From contig CAJAFD010000523.1 in NCBI GenBank assembly GCA_903938935.1, positions 1 through 33,927 of the forward strand: a stretch of DNA of 33,927 bases, written 5' to 3'. The position numbers and the translations under genes were made by a program. Below the pieces are notes generated by a model. That model searched no databases and had not been told where the DNA came from. It saw nothing but the letters and a program-made list of their open reading frames with translations. Shown here in pieces: positions 7,707 to 16,357 of the stretch. This stretch comes from an uncultured Opitutia bacterium. Lineage in GTDB: Bacteria; Verrucomicrobiota; Verrucomicrobiia; Opitutales; Opitutaceae. Position 1 is the stretch's first letter; every line of letters begins with the position of its first letter.

Positions 7707-9469
7707 GCCGCTTTGTGCTTCGCCTCATTCACCACGGCAGCCAACCGCACTTCGATCTCGGCGAGCGGGATCTTGGCGACGTCCTTTGAGTTACGCGCTT
7801 TTAGCTCCACGATGCCATCTTTGAGGCCTTTGCTGCCGATCGTCACACGCAGAGGAATTCCGATGAGATCGGCATCCTTGAACTTGACGCCCGGACGCTC
7901 CGCTCGGTCGTCGATGATGACATCCGCACCGGCGTTCTCGGCTGCGGCGGCGAGCTTTTTTGCCAAATCCATGGCTTCAGCCGAATCAGGATCGAGCAGA
8001 CAGATCAGCACATGGAAGGGCGCTACATTCCAAGGCCAAACGATACCATCGGCATCATGACTTTGCTCGATCACGGCCTGCATAGTACGGCTGATGCCGA
8101 TACCGAAACAGCCCATGACCATCAGATGCGATTGCTTCTGATCATCCGTGTAGACCGCGCCAAATTTCTCCGAGTATTTTGTCCCCAGTTTGAAAATGTG
8201 ACCCACTTCGATGCCGCGGCGCACCTGGAGCGGCTGGCCCGATTGCGGGCACGGCTCGCCGGGACGAACCCGACGAAAATCTCCGAATTTCGTGATGGCG
8301 AGATCTCGCACCACATTGATGTTGCGCAGGTGGAAGCCATCTTTGTTGGCGCCCGTCGTACCATTGCCGATCAGTCGGATGGCATGATCGGCAAATACAC
8401 CGGCCAAAGCCACGGCGTTTTTAATCGTGCCTTTCACCGCACCTAAGCTGCCGGGTTTAGCGCCGAGCACAGGCTCGATTTCTTCCGCCGTCGCCGCACG
8501 GAAAACCGTGAAGCCGAGAGAGCCAAGTTTCGCTTCTTCCAATTCATCGCTGCCACGGAGGATGACGATGAAAGGTTTACCGTCGCCGATGTAGACCAAC
8601 GTTTTGAACTGTTGATCGCCTGCGACGTGGTAAGGCGCGGCCGCCAATGCCGCGATCGTCACGACTCCCGGAGTCGCAAATTCCTCGATGGCACCGTTCG
8701 GCGCCGCATCCGCGAGATCTTTGGGCACGAGTGCACTGGTCGCTTTCTCGCGATTGGCCGCGTAACCTGCCTCGCTGTAAATCACATCATCGTCGCCGAT
8801 TTCGGCCGGCACCATAAATTCGTGCGAAAAACTTCCGCCCATCACGCCTGTGTCGGCTTCGACGGCGATCGCCTGAATGCCGACGCGCTTAAAGAATTTC
8901 TCGTAAGCGGTCTTCATCGCGAAATAACTTTTCACCGCCGCCTCGTCGTTGGCATCGAAGGAATACGCGTCCATCATCACAAACTCGCGCGCCCGCATCA
9001 GACCAAAACGCGGACGAATCTCATTGCGGAACTTGGTCGCGATTTGGAAAAAATTCTTGGGCAAATCCCGGTAGCTGGTGATCTCCTGTTTCACGAGCGG
9101 CGTGATCACTTCTTCATGAGTCGGCCCGAGGACAAACTCGGGTTCTTTGCTCCGGCCCTTGCCGGCACCGGCGCTATCCGTGCGAAACATGATCTCACGC
9201 GCGGCCGCCCAGCGCGGACCTTGCTCCCAATTTTCAACCGGATGGACGTGCGGCATCCATAATTCGATACCACCACCCGCCTCGATCTCTTCACGGCAGA
9301 GTTGCGTGAGTTTTTGCATCACCCGCAGCCCGAGCGGCATGTAGGTGTAAAGCCCGCCACCGAGCTTGCGCACGAGTCCCGCGCGCACGAGCAGCTTATG
9401 CGAAGCGATCTCGGCATCGGCGGGGCTTTCCTTCAGTGTAGGGACAAAATACTGGGACCAGAATTTCAT
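7703..9469 (-). CDS. proS: Proline--tRNA ligase (bacterial type with editing insertion)
   Basis: N-terminus MKFWSQYFVPTLKE, then class II motifs and length about 588 aa. Start taken at ATG 9469 (M14 of ORF 7703..9508). Confidence 0.93.
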   Translation of the reverse strand: MKFWSQYFVPTLKESPADAEIASHKLLVRAGLVRKLGGGLYTYMPLGLRVMQKLTQLCREEIEAGGGIELWMPHVHPVENWEQGPRWAAAREIMFRTDSAGAGKGRSKEPEFVLGPTHEEVITPLVKQEITSYRDLPKNFFQIATKFRNEIRPRFGLMRAREFVMMDAYSFDANDEAAVKSYFAMKTAYEKFFKRVGIQAIAVEADTGVMGGSFSHEFMVPAEIGDDDVIYSEAGYAANREKATSALVPKDLADAAPNGAIEEFATPGVVTIAALAAAPYHVAGDQQFKTLVYIGDGKPFIVILRGSDELEEAKLGSLGFTVFRAATAEEIEPVLGAKPGSLGAVKGTIKNAVALAGVFADHAIRLIGNGTTGANKDGFHLRNINVVRDLAITKFGDFRRVRPGEPCPQSGQPLQVRRGIEVGHIFKLGTKYSEKFGAVYTDDQKQSHLMVMGCFGIGISRTMQAVIEQSHDADGIVWPWNVAPFHVLICLLDPDSAEAMDLAKKLAAAAENAGADVIIDDRAERPGVKFKDADLIGIPLRVTIGSKGLKDGIVELKARNSKDVAKIPLAEIEVRLAAVVNEAKHKAA

Positions 9470-9503
9470 GTAGCCTCGTAACGAAGCGAGCCGCCCCCCT
9501 GTG

Positions 9504-9519
9504 CGCAAATTTATTTGCG
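9504..9519. promoter_or_regulatory. 16-bp AT-rich palindrome CGCAAAT-TT-ATTTGCG in the proS / hypothetical-argA divergent region (candidate operator)
   Basis: Perfect 7-bp arms. The minus-strand reading CGCAAATAAATTTGC (9519->9505) is identical to 21278-21292 on the plus strand. Confidence 0.35.
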
Positions 9520-9558
9520 AGTCTGCCCGACTCCGCGGTTAATCTCACTCACTTGTCC

Positions 9559-10173
9559 ATGTCCGGCTCCTCCTCTCATCGTAAACCTTGGCCCATGAAA
9601 TGGGTCGTCCTCGTTATTATCGTCTGCCTAGCCGGCTATACGTTTGTGACGCTGCGCTACCGCAAGGCCGCGCCGTCTTATCAGCCCTATCAAGACACCA
9701 AAAATCGCGCGGGCGTGCTCCGACTCCTCTCGGCGGGCTTTCAACGCATCATTTTGACCGCACAACGTCCGGCTGAAGCCGGCTCCGTGCGCAACAGCGC
9801 AGCCAGCATCGCTGCGCCCGGCGGCTTAGGCTCCGACCTCGGACCGTCGTTGTTGGAACTCCCCCTGCTGCCCGCTGAGATCACCCGCGTTAATGCGCCG
9901 GCATCCATCAGCGCGGTCCTCGTTTATCCGATCGAGTTCACTTGCACCTTGGCGGACAACAAACGCCAACTCTCCGGCGCCGAGCTCTACCTTAAAGACA
10001 ACGTTATCACATTACTCCCCACGTTTGAAAAACTCGACGGTGGCCTCTTGGCGCGCAGTCGCGACAGTGTCGTTTTAGTGACCGTTCCAGCCGGCACGTT
10101 AAAACCCGGCACGTACCGCGCTGTCGTGGTCGGCGAACGCACCTCGCGCGCTTGGACCGTGCAAGTGCATTGA
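9559..10173 (+). CDS. Hypothetical N-terminally membrane-anchored protein
   Basis: ORF 9553..10173 (TTG), with ATGs at 9559 and 9595. One hydrophobic helix WVVLVIIVCLAGYTFVTL is followed by a ~170-aa soluble part. No recognisable motifs. Lies 37 nt upstream of argA. Confidence 0.5.
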   Translation: MSGSSSHRKPWPMKWVVLVIIVCLAGYTFVTLRYRKAAPSYQPYQDTKNRAGVLRLLSAGFQRIILTAQRPAEAGSVRNSAASIAAPGGLGSDLGPSLLELPLLPAEITRVNAPASISAVLVYPIEFTCTLADNKRQLSGAELYLKDNVITLLPTFEKLDGGLLARSRDSVVLVTVPAGTLKPGTYRAVVVGERTSRAWTVQVH

Positions 10174-10210
10174 CGCCGCCCGCCGCTTCGTCGCAAATCA
10201 CGCCACTTCC

Positions 10211-11566
10211 ATGAGCAACGGCCCCGGCCCCACCCTCCCGCCCTCCGCGCCCGCGGTTTCCGCTCCCGCCCAAGCCACCACGATCAAGCCCAACGATCTG
10301 CGCGGCATCCTGAAATACGTCCCTCGTTTTCAAGGCCAGATCTTCATCATCGCCATCGACGGCGCCATCATCGCCGACGAAAATTTCAGCAACCTGCTCG
10401 TCGACATCGCCGTACTCCGCAGCCTCGGCATCAAGATCGTGCTCGTCCACGGCATCGGCCACCAAGTCCAAGAACTCTCTGAGCTCCGCGGCGTCGCCAT
10501 CACCAACAACGACGGCACCGGCATCACCGACCCGGCCACCCTCGACCTCTCCATCCGCGCCGGCTCGCGTGTCTCCCATCTCATCCTCGAAGGACTCACG
10601 CAAAATTCCCTGAAGGCCGTGATCACCAACGCCGTGCGCGCGCTGCCCCTCGGCATCATCCGTGGCGTGGACCAACTGCTCACCGGCAAAGTCGAGCGCA
10701 TCGACAAAGATTTCATCTTCGAACTCATCGCCCAACAGGTCGTACCGCTGATCACGCCAATCGCCTTTGGTCCCGACGGGAAATCCTTGCGGGTAAACTC
10801 TGACCTCCTCGCCGCCGAAGTCGCCGAAGCACTGCACGCCACCAAGATCATCTACCTCACGCCCCACGCCGGCCTTGAGATCAACGGCAGCGTCCGCCGC
10901 GAAATCTCAGTCGAGGCGCTGACCAAAATCCTTGCCACTCAGCCCGAGCACATCGCCGAGCCCGTGCGCAGCAAAGCCGCGCATGCGGTCAAAGCCATCG
11001 AGACCGGCACCCCGCGTGTGCACATCGTCGATGGCCGCATCTTCGACGGGTTACTCAACGAAATTTTCTCCAACGAAGGCGTCGGCTCGCTCGTCTACGG
11101 CAACGACTACCAACAAATCCGCAAAGCCTCGAAACGCGACGTCCGGCTCATTTACAACCTAACCCGCGCCGCCGTGAAGCGCGAGGAGTTGCTCCACCGC
11201 ACGCAGCAAGCCATCGAAAAAAACATTGATCAGTTCTTCGTCTTCGAGATCGACGAAAACATCATCGCCTGCGTCACCCTCTATTTTTATCCCGACAAAC
11301 CGCAGCTCGCGGAAATCGGCTCGCTCTACGTTTTGCCCTTTTACCACAACCGCGGTATTGGCAAAAAAATGGTCGAGTACGCCTGCCTCCAAGCCAAAGA
11401 ACGCGGTGTCACTGGGGTCATCGCCCTATCCACCCAGAGCTTCGGCTTCTTCTCCAATGTGTGCGGTTTCGAGGAAGCAACCAAAGAGGTTTTGCCTGAG
11501 GCACGCCTCAAAATTTACGAAGACAGCGGACGCAACGCCAAGGTCCTCGTCAAAGCCCTCATTTAA
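10211..11566 (+). CDS. argA: Amino-acid N-acetyltransferase (N-acetylglutamate synthase; amino-acid-kinase domain + GNAT domain)
   Basis: 451 aa. The AAK-like N-terminal part (FIIAIDGAII, IVLVHGIGHQ) is followed by a C-terminal GNAT (YVLPFYHNRGIGKKM). Confidence 0.7.
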   Translation: MSNGPGPTLPPSAPAVSAPAQATTIKPNDLRGILKYVPRFQGQIFIIAIDGAIIADENFSNLLVDIAVLRSLGIKIVLVHGIGHQVQELSELRGVAITNNDGTGITDPATLDLSIRAGSRVSHLILEGLTQNSLKAVITNAVRALPLGIIRGVDQLLTGKVERIDKDFIFELIAQQVVPLITPIAFGPDGKSLRVNSDLLAAEVAEALHATKIIYLTPHAGLEINGSVRREISVEALTKILATQPEHIAEPVRSKAAHAVKAIETGTPRVHIVDGRIFDGLLNEIFSNEGVGSLVYGNDYQQIRKASKRDVRLIYNLTRAAVKREELLHRTQQAIEKNIDQFFVFEIDENIIACVTLYFYPDKPQLAEIGSLYVLPFYHNRGIGKKMVEYACLQAKERGVTGVIALSTQSFGFFSNVCGFEEATKEVLPEARLKIYEDSGRNAKVLVKALI

Positions 11567-11620
11567 AAATGCACTCGCACTTCGGCGTCGGCCCAAGCGA
11601 TCGGCCCACCCACTGCGACC

Positions 11621-13054
11621 TCAGAGCAGCATAAAGCAGAGCCCCATGATGATCGTGGGCGGCAACGCCCAGACGAAAAGCTGGAGCGGCGCTACGCCGT
11701 CGGGGAAATAACGCTTCAAGATCGTCTGCCCCGCCGGATTGGGGGCATTGGCGATCACCGTCAAACCGCCACCCGTGACCGCGCCCGCCACGACCGCATA
11801 TTTCATCCCGTCCGTGAATCCAGGCACCAACGTCGCCAAATAGGTGATCGCGGCATTATCATTAAACGCCGTCAAAATCGTCGCGCCGAAAAACACCGGC
11901 ACCTCCCCGAGACTTTTTAAAACGGGCTCAATCCACCAGCCCTGCAAGCCGCCATGCACCACCAAGCCCGCTAGGAAAAATCCGACCAAAATCGGAGCCC
12001 GCAAATCGAGCTTTGTCTGGTGATGGGCCGTGGCCTGCATGAACGCCACGAAGAATAAAAATGCTCCCACAAAAAGCACCGGGTAATGCGCCATCCAGAC
12101 CACGAAGCCCAAAAAAATCAAATGCGCGAGCGTCACCCACGAGGGAATCGAAGCTACAACCGCCGACTTTTTTCGCGGCCCCGCATTCGATTTGAGGGCA
12201 AGTAATTCAGTCCGAAAACAGGCAAAGGTGAAGCCCGTGGCCGCCACGATCCCCAACGCCGACTTCCACCCGAAATGAGTCAGCATAAAACCGGTACCCC
12301 ACTTCCACGGCCCCGCGACCATCAACACCGGAGGCGCCGCAAAATGAGTTAACGTTCCCCCCACCGAAATATTAACGAAAAGCAATGCGAGCGTCGCGTA
12401 CTTAAGCCGCGTCGAGGGCTGCAACTCGTAAAATTGATGCGCCAACATCAGCGCCGCGATCGTCATCGCTGCAGGCTCGGTAATAAATGACCCCAACAAC
12501 GGCGCCAAAACCAGAATCGACCACCACCAGGCCACGGGCTTCCCCCGCCCCAGCGCCGCCACGCCACGCAGCGCCCGCTCCGCCAGCTTCAATACCGGTC
12601 GTGTCGCGGCAATTGCCATCACCACGACCACAAACATCGCTTCCGTATAATTCACCTGATGCGCGATGTAATTAATGGCCGTGTCCCCGCCTTTAAATCC
12701 CACCAAGGCACCCGCAAGCACCAAGGCCCAAAGCCCGAACACCGCTTCGATTTCACCAAAAAAATGCAGTGCCTGGCCCTGGAAACTGACTTCGTCCGTA
12801 TGGCCGTCCTCATTCGTATCCGACTGCGGTGTGCGGTCACGAAGCTTACGCGCGTGACGTTCCTCCACGACGTGCGCCCAATGTTGAATTTTGCCGGCCA
12901 AAAACGTGTGCGTGATCGCCAACAAGAAAATCACCGTGGCCACCAAATTGAAGGGCTCCGCCTGAATCCGCGCCCACAACACTTCAAGCAGTCCCGTCGA
13001 TGCTGGTGTCGGATAGGAATCAAGCGGCAGCGGAAAATTTACCGGGGTTATCAT
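11621..13054 (-). CDS. Polytopic membrane transporter, putative Na+/H+ antiporter (DUF1504/Na_H_antiport_2-like)
   Basis: 477 aa with at least 10 hydrophobic segments. Family assignment is from overall resemblance only. Confidence 0.5.
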   Translation of the reverse strand: MITPVNFPLPLDSYPTPASTGLLEVLWARIQAEPFNLVATVIFLLAITHTFLAGKIQHWAHVVEERHARKLRDRTPQSDTNEDGHTDEVSFQGQALHFFGEIEAVFGLWALVLAGALVGFKGGDTAINYIAHQVNYTEAMFVVVVMAIAATRPVLKLAERALRGVAALGRGKPVAWWWSILVLAPLLGSFITEPAAMTIAALMLAHQFYELQPSTRLKYATLALLFVNISVGGTLTHFAAPPVLMVAGPWKWGTGFMLTHFGWKSALGIVAATGFTFACFRTELLALKSNAGPRKKSAVVASIPSWVTLAHLIFLGFVVWMAHYPVLFVGAFLFFVAFMQATAHHQTKLDLRAPILVGFFLAGLVVHGGLQGWWIEPVLKSLGEVPVFFGATILTAFNDNAAITYLATLVPGFTDGMKYAVVAGAVTGGGLTVIANAPNPAGQTILKRYFPDGVAPLQLFVWALPPTIIMGLCFMLL

Positions 13055-13692
13055 AAAATTTTAAGGAGCGCATCCAGCGAGTAGATAAAATCGTGCGCTC
13101 CTAAGCGCACCGTCTCACGCGGAGTGTAGCGCCCAAATCCCACAAAACGATCCACCACCGGTTTCGTTTCCAAATCACTCGCGCCATCGCCCACCATCAC
13201 AAATTGCGCCGGCGAAAACTCGCGTTTTAAAGCGGCTACGATCTCCGGTTTTCCACCCGAACGCGTCGTCGGATAATTTGTATCGTAACCGTTATAGGAG
13301 CCATCGGTTTGGAAGAAAATATCGACCGCTTCGACGCGTTCGATGCCGAGATGCTCGGCCAAGGAAGCCATCAAGGGGCGGAACCCGCCACTGATAATCA
13401 CGGGGGTCCAACCGCGGGACTTGAGCTCAGCAATCGTGACGCGCGCCGTCGGCTCCACGGTCTCAACATAGCGGCGGCCCACCGTCTCGGCATCGGCACG
13501 GCGCGGTTGGATGATCTCGAGTCGACGACCAAATACCGCCTCCAGTGGCAGCCGGCCATTCATCGCGTCGTGGGTCATCGCTTCGATTTGGGCAAAAACC
13601 GCTGGGCCGCGACTGCGTCCGAGCTCGTCGATGCCTTCAATCGCGCTCAGCGTACTATCGCAATCGAAAGCGATGATTTTCATGGTCCCCAT
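13051..13692 (-). CDS. HAD-IB hydrolase, phosphoserine phosphatase-like
   Basis: HAD motifs FDCDST (DxDxT), SGGF and GDGASD. ATGs at 13692 and 13683. The stop overlaps the downstream gene's start (13051-13054). Confidence 0.65.
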   Translation of the reverse strand: MGTMKIIAFDCDSTLSAIEGIDELGRSRGPAVFAQIEAMTHDAMNGRLPLEAVFGRRLEIIQPRRADAETVGRRYVETVEPTARVTIAELKSRGWTPVIISGGFRPLMASLAEHLGIERVEAVDIFFQTDGSYNGYDTNYPTTRSGGKPEIVAALKREFSPAQFVMVGDGASDLETKPVVDRFVGFGRYTPRETVRLGAHDFIYSLDALLKIL

Positions 13693-13729
13693 TGCGCTTT
13701 AAGAGGTCGCGCCCGACGGAAGCGGGCAA

Positions 13730-13762
13730 CAAAAAAGCCCTCCGCAAACGGAGGGCTTTTGA
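13730..13762 (-). terminator. Rho-independent terminator after rpmE2
   Basis: Minus-strand reading AGCCCTCCG-tttg-CGGAGGGCT followed by TTTTTT. The stem spans 13736-13757. Confidence 0.75.
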
Positions 13763-13781
13763 AAAGGAGCAACGAATCAAA

Positions 13782-14036
13782 TTACTTCTTGGCGGCGACG
13801 CGCTTGAACTTGTTCGTGAATTTTTCGACGCGACCGGCCGTGTCGACCAGGCGCTTCTCGCCGGTGTAGGCGGGATGCGAATCCATCGTCACGTCGCGGA
13901 CGATGATGAAATACTCGGTACCATCGATGTTTTCCTTACGGGCGGATTTCATCGTGGACTTCGTCAGGAAACGTTTGCCCGTTCCGATATCGAGGAAGCA
14001 GACGTCGTTGAGCGTGGGATGGCCTTCGGCTTTCAC
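13782..14036 (-). CDS. rpmE2: 50S ribosomal protein L31, type B (zinc-independent, YkgM-like)
   Basis: 84 aa. MKAEGHP... with SHPAYTGE and RVEKF blocks, and no CxxC zinc ribbon. Confidence 0.85.
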   Translation of the reverse strand: MKAEGHPTLNDVCFLDIGTGKRFLTKSTMKSARKENIDGTEYFIIVRDVTMDSHPAYTGEKRLVDTAGRVEKFTNKFKRVAAKK

Positions 14037-14055
14037 AGTGGTAAAAAAGGGTTAA

Positions 14056-14181
14056 TTAGCCTTGGCGCGCTTTGTAACGCGGCTCGACTTTGTTGATCAC
14101 GTAGATTTTGCCTTTGCGACGCACGACCTGGCAGGCCGGGTGACGCTTCTTGGCGGATTTGATGGAGGAAACAACTTTCAT
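14056..14181 (-). CDS. ykgO: 50S ribosomal protein L36, type 2 (zinc-independent, YkgO-like)
   Basis: C-terminal 41 codons of track ORF 14056..14598: [41 protein letters not shown]. It has a single Cys. ATG at 14181. Confidence 0.85.
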   Translation of the reverse strand: MKVVSSIKSAKKRHPACQVVRRKGKIYVINKVEPRYKARQG

Positions 14182-14261
14182 AAAACGCGTGAAAACAGTC
14201 TTCGATTTCGTCTCTGTCAACTGAATTGTCCGACTGGGCCGAAAACGGCGGCTAAAAACCA

Positions 14262-14816
14262 TCAGTTCTGGCCTGTTTCCTCGGGTTCGTGCGCAAGCAG
14301 GCGCCATTCCGCCCCTTCTCGCGCGAGCAATTCGCGCCACAGCGTATGATCGAGCGGCAATTGAAACAAATCGGGCGGCGCCGTGACGACCACCCACGTG
14401 TTCTGCTCCAACTCGTTTTCTAATTGTCCTGCCGTCCAACCCGCGTAACCGGCAAAGGCCCGCAGCGCGGCATCTTCGGCGTCGCGCAATTGCGTAGCTT
14501 GTTCGGGCTCGATCCCGAAGTGCAAACGGAAGCCGTTTTCCTGCGTCTCCCAGGCGACGAGGACCAATTGTTTTTTCTCCACGGGACCGCCATTGCAAAG
14601 CGGCACGCTGGCCAGCGGCCCGAGCGCGAAATCACCCTGCAACTCACCGAGACGCTTGCCCAACGGACGATTTAACACGACGCCCATCGCGCCGTCGGCG
14701 TTGTGCGACGACATGAGAATCACGGTGCGGTGAAAATTCGAATCTTTCAACGAAGGGTGCGCCAGCAAGAGCGCTCCGGCCAACGTCTCATCGCGTTCTG
14801 TGCGTGGGGCAGACAT
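14262..14816 (-). CDS. YqgE/AlgH family protein (UPF0301)
   Basis: [20 protein letters not shown]...GVVLNRP and [14 protein letters not shown] signatures. Confidence 0.85.
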   Translation of the reverse strand: MSAPRTERDETLAGALLLAHPSLKDSNFHRTVILMSSHNADGAMGVVLNRPLGKRLGELQGDFALGPLASVPLCNGGPVEKKQLVLVAWETQENGFRLHFGIEPEQATQLRDAEDAALRAFAGYAGWTAGQLENELEQNTWVVVTAPPDLFQLPLDHTLWRELLAREGAEWRLLAHEPEETGQN

Positions 14817-14841
14817 GAATGAAAGCGCGCGGCCGACGTTC

Positions 14842-15315
14842 TCAGAGCTTCAATATGACGACGCCCGCATCCAGTAGCAGTGGGGCTACGAGGGGATCGT
14901 TGTGGTAATCTAAACGGTAACGCACTTCGGCGATACCGGCGGCCGCGAGGATTTTCGCGCAATTAATACACGGAAAATGCGTCACATAAGCCACACAACC
15001 TTCGACCGAACTCCCGCGGCGCGCGGCATCGGCCACAGCGTTTTGCTCGGCGTGGACGGTCGCCTGTTCATGACCTTCACGCAGGCGAGAAACGTGAGGC
15101 GTGCCCGGTAAAAACCCATTGTAGCCGGCCGCGACGAGCCGATTTTTCCGTTCGCCGCCGGTCACGATGACGCAGCCCACGTGCAAACGTTCGCAGTTTG
15201 AACGCGTGGACATGAGCACGGCCGTCGCCATGAAATACTCATCCCACGAGGGACGGTGCGGGAATTTTTCGGCCGCCTCAGCGATGAGATCTACGGGATG
15301 ATCGGTCTTGGACAT
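14842..15315 (-). CDS. Deoxycytidylate (dCMP) deaminase
   Basis: Zinc-binding motifs HAEQNA and PCINCAK. 157 aa. Confidence 0.85.
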   Translation of the reverse strand: MSKTDHPVDLIAEAAEKFPHRPSWDEYFMATAVLMSTRSNCERLHVGCVIVTGGERKNRLVAAGYNGFLPGTPHVSRLREGHEQATVHAEQNAVADAARRGSSVEGCVAYVTHFPCINCAKILAAAGIAEVRYRLDYHNDPLVAPLLLDAGVVILKL

Positions 15316-15491
15316 GATGAAACTGCACCCAACGTGAACCGCGCAGCGGCTCGCGGCAATCTTCGTCTCGTTCTCAGTGCCTAGAAAAATTTATAAAATG
15401 GAATTACTTCTTATCTCCCGATGAGGATTCTGCGTTGTCAGCTACCGCGGCGTGCGGCGCACTCAACTTGTCGTTCAGCCATGCCACGTCC

Positions 15492-16343
15492 ATGATCTAT
15501 CTTTTGCTCGTCTCAATCATCTGGGCGTTTTCCCCCGGCCTGATCAAAGGTCGATTGACCGGTATAGATCCCAACGCGGTGAGCGTCATCCGACTCGCCT
15601 TGGCGCTACTCGTGTTTCTGCCTTTTTTTCGGCCGAGCGTCATTCCCCGCACGATCGCCCTGCGACTCGTTGCGATTGGCACCGTGCAATTTGGCCTCAT
15701 GTATTGGGGTTATCTGCATGCCTTCACTTTTTTGCCGGCGTATGCGATCGGGTTATTCACGCTTACCACGCCGTTGTACGTCGTCTTGATCGAAGCCCTC
15801 GTCACACGCCGTTGGCAAACGCGTCACGCCTTCGCCGCCGTCTTGGCGATTATGGGTGCCGCCGTGCTTTTTGAAACTCGTTCCGGCGCACCCTCGGGTT
15901 GGCTCTATGGCTGCATGCTCGTGCAATTCTCTAATCTCTGCTTTGCCGCGGGCCAACTCGCATGGCGCCGCACGCGAGTAACCCTGCCTGCGAACATCTC
16001 AGATGCCTCGCTCTTCGCGCTCCCTTATGCGGGAGCGCTGGCGCTGACCGGGATTTTCAGTGCATTTACAACCGATTGGACCGCGATCCAGCCAACATCG
16101 ACGCAAGTGCTCACGCTGCTTTACCTCGGCGTCATCGCCTCGGGGCTCTCGTTTTTTCTCTGGAATTTGGGCGCAACGCGCGTCGCCACTGGCACCTTAG
16201 CCGTGCTCAATAATCTCAAGGTCCCGCTAACCGTCGCCGTGGCCCTTTTATTTTTCGGCGAACAAACCAACCTGCCTCGACTCGCCATTAGCTTCGTCTT
16301 TTTTACCCTCGCCCTGTTTATCAGCGGCCGCGAAACCGCCTAA
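15492..16343 (+). CDS. EamA/DMT-superfamily transporter
   Basis: About 10 hydrophobic segments with a two-fold repeat architecture. Start taken at in-frame ATG 15492 (track ORF starts at TTG 15435). Confidence 0.65.
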   Translation: MIYLLLVSIIWAFSPGLIKGRLTGIDPNAVSVIRLALALLVFLPFFRPSVIPRTIALRLVAIGTVQFGLMYWGYLHAFTFLPAYAIGLFTLTTPLYVVLIEALVTRRWQTRHAFAAVLAIMGAAVLFETRSGAPSGWLYGCMLVQFSNLCFAAGQLAWRRTRVTLPANISDASLFALPYAGALALTGIFSAFTTDWTAIQPTSTQVLTLLYLGVIASGLSFFLWNLGATRVATGTLAVLNNLKVPLTVAVALLFFGEQTNLPRLAISFVFFTLALFISGRETA

Positions 16344-16357
16344 AGAGCCGCACGGCG

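Noticed and set aside
10007-10867. 286-aa ORF antisense to argA, rich in D/E/G/A. The same phenomenon appears at 17428..18402 (324 aa, antisense to the TPR gene), 27176..27901, 32645..33388, 8612..9262, 24892..25470, 7395..8060 and 19087..19623.
   Set aside because: All lie fully inside, and opposite to, genes with clear family motifs. Their compositions (Arg/Pro/Gly/Ala-rich, low complexity) are typical of stop-poor antisense frames in high-GC DNA, and none has a recognisable motif.
14056-14598. 180-aa ORF spanning the L36 gene and overlapping yqgE/algH out of frame.
   Set aside because: Only the last 41 codons form a perfect L36 type 2 protein starting at ATG 14181. The upstream Arg-rich part overlaps the well-supported YqgE gene.
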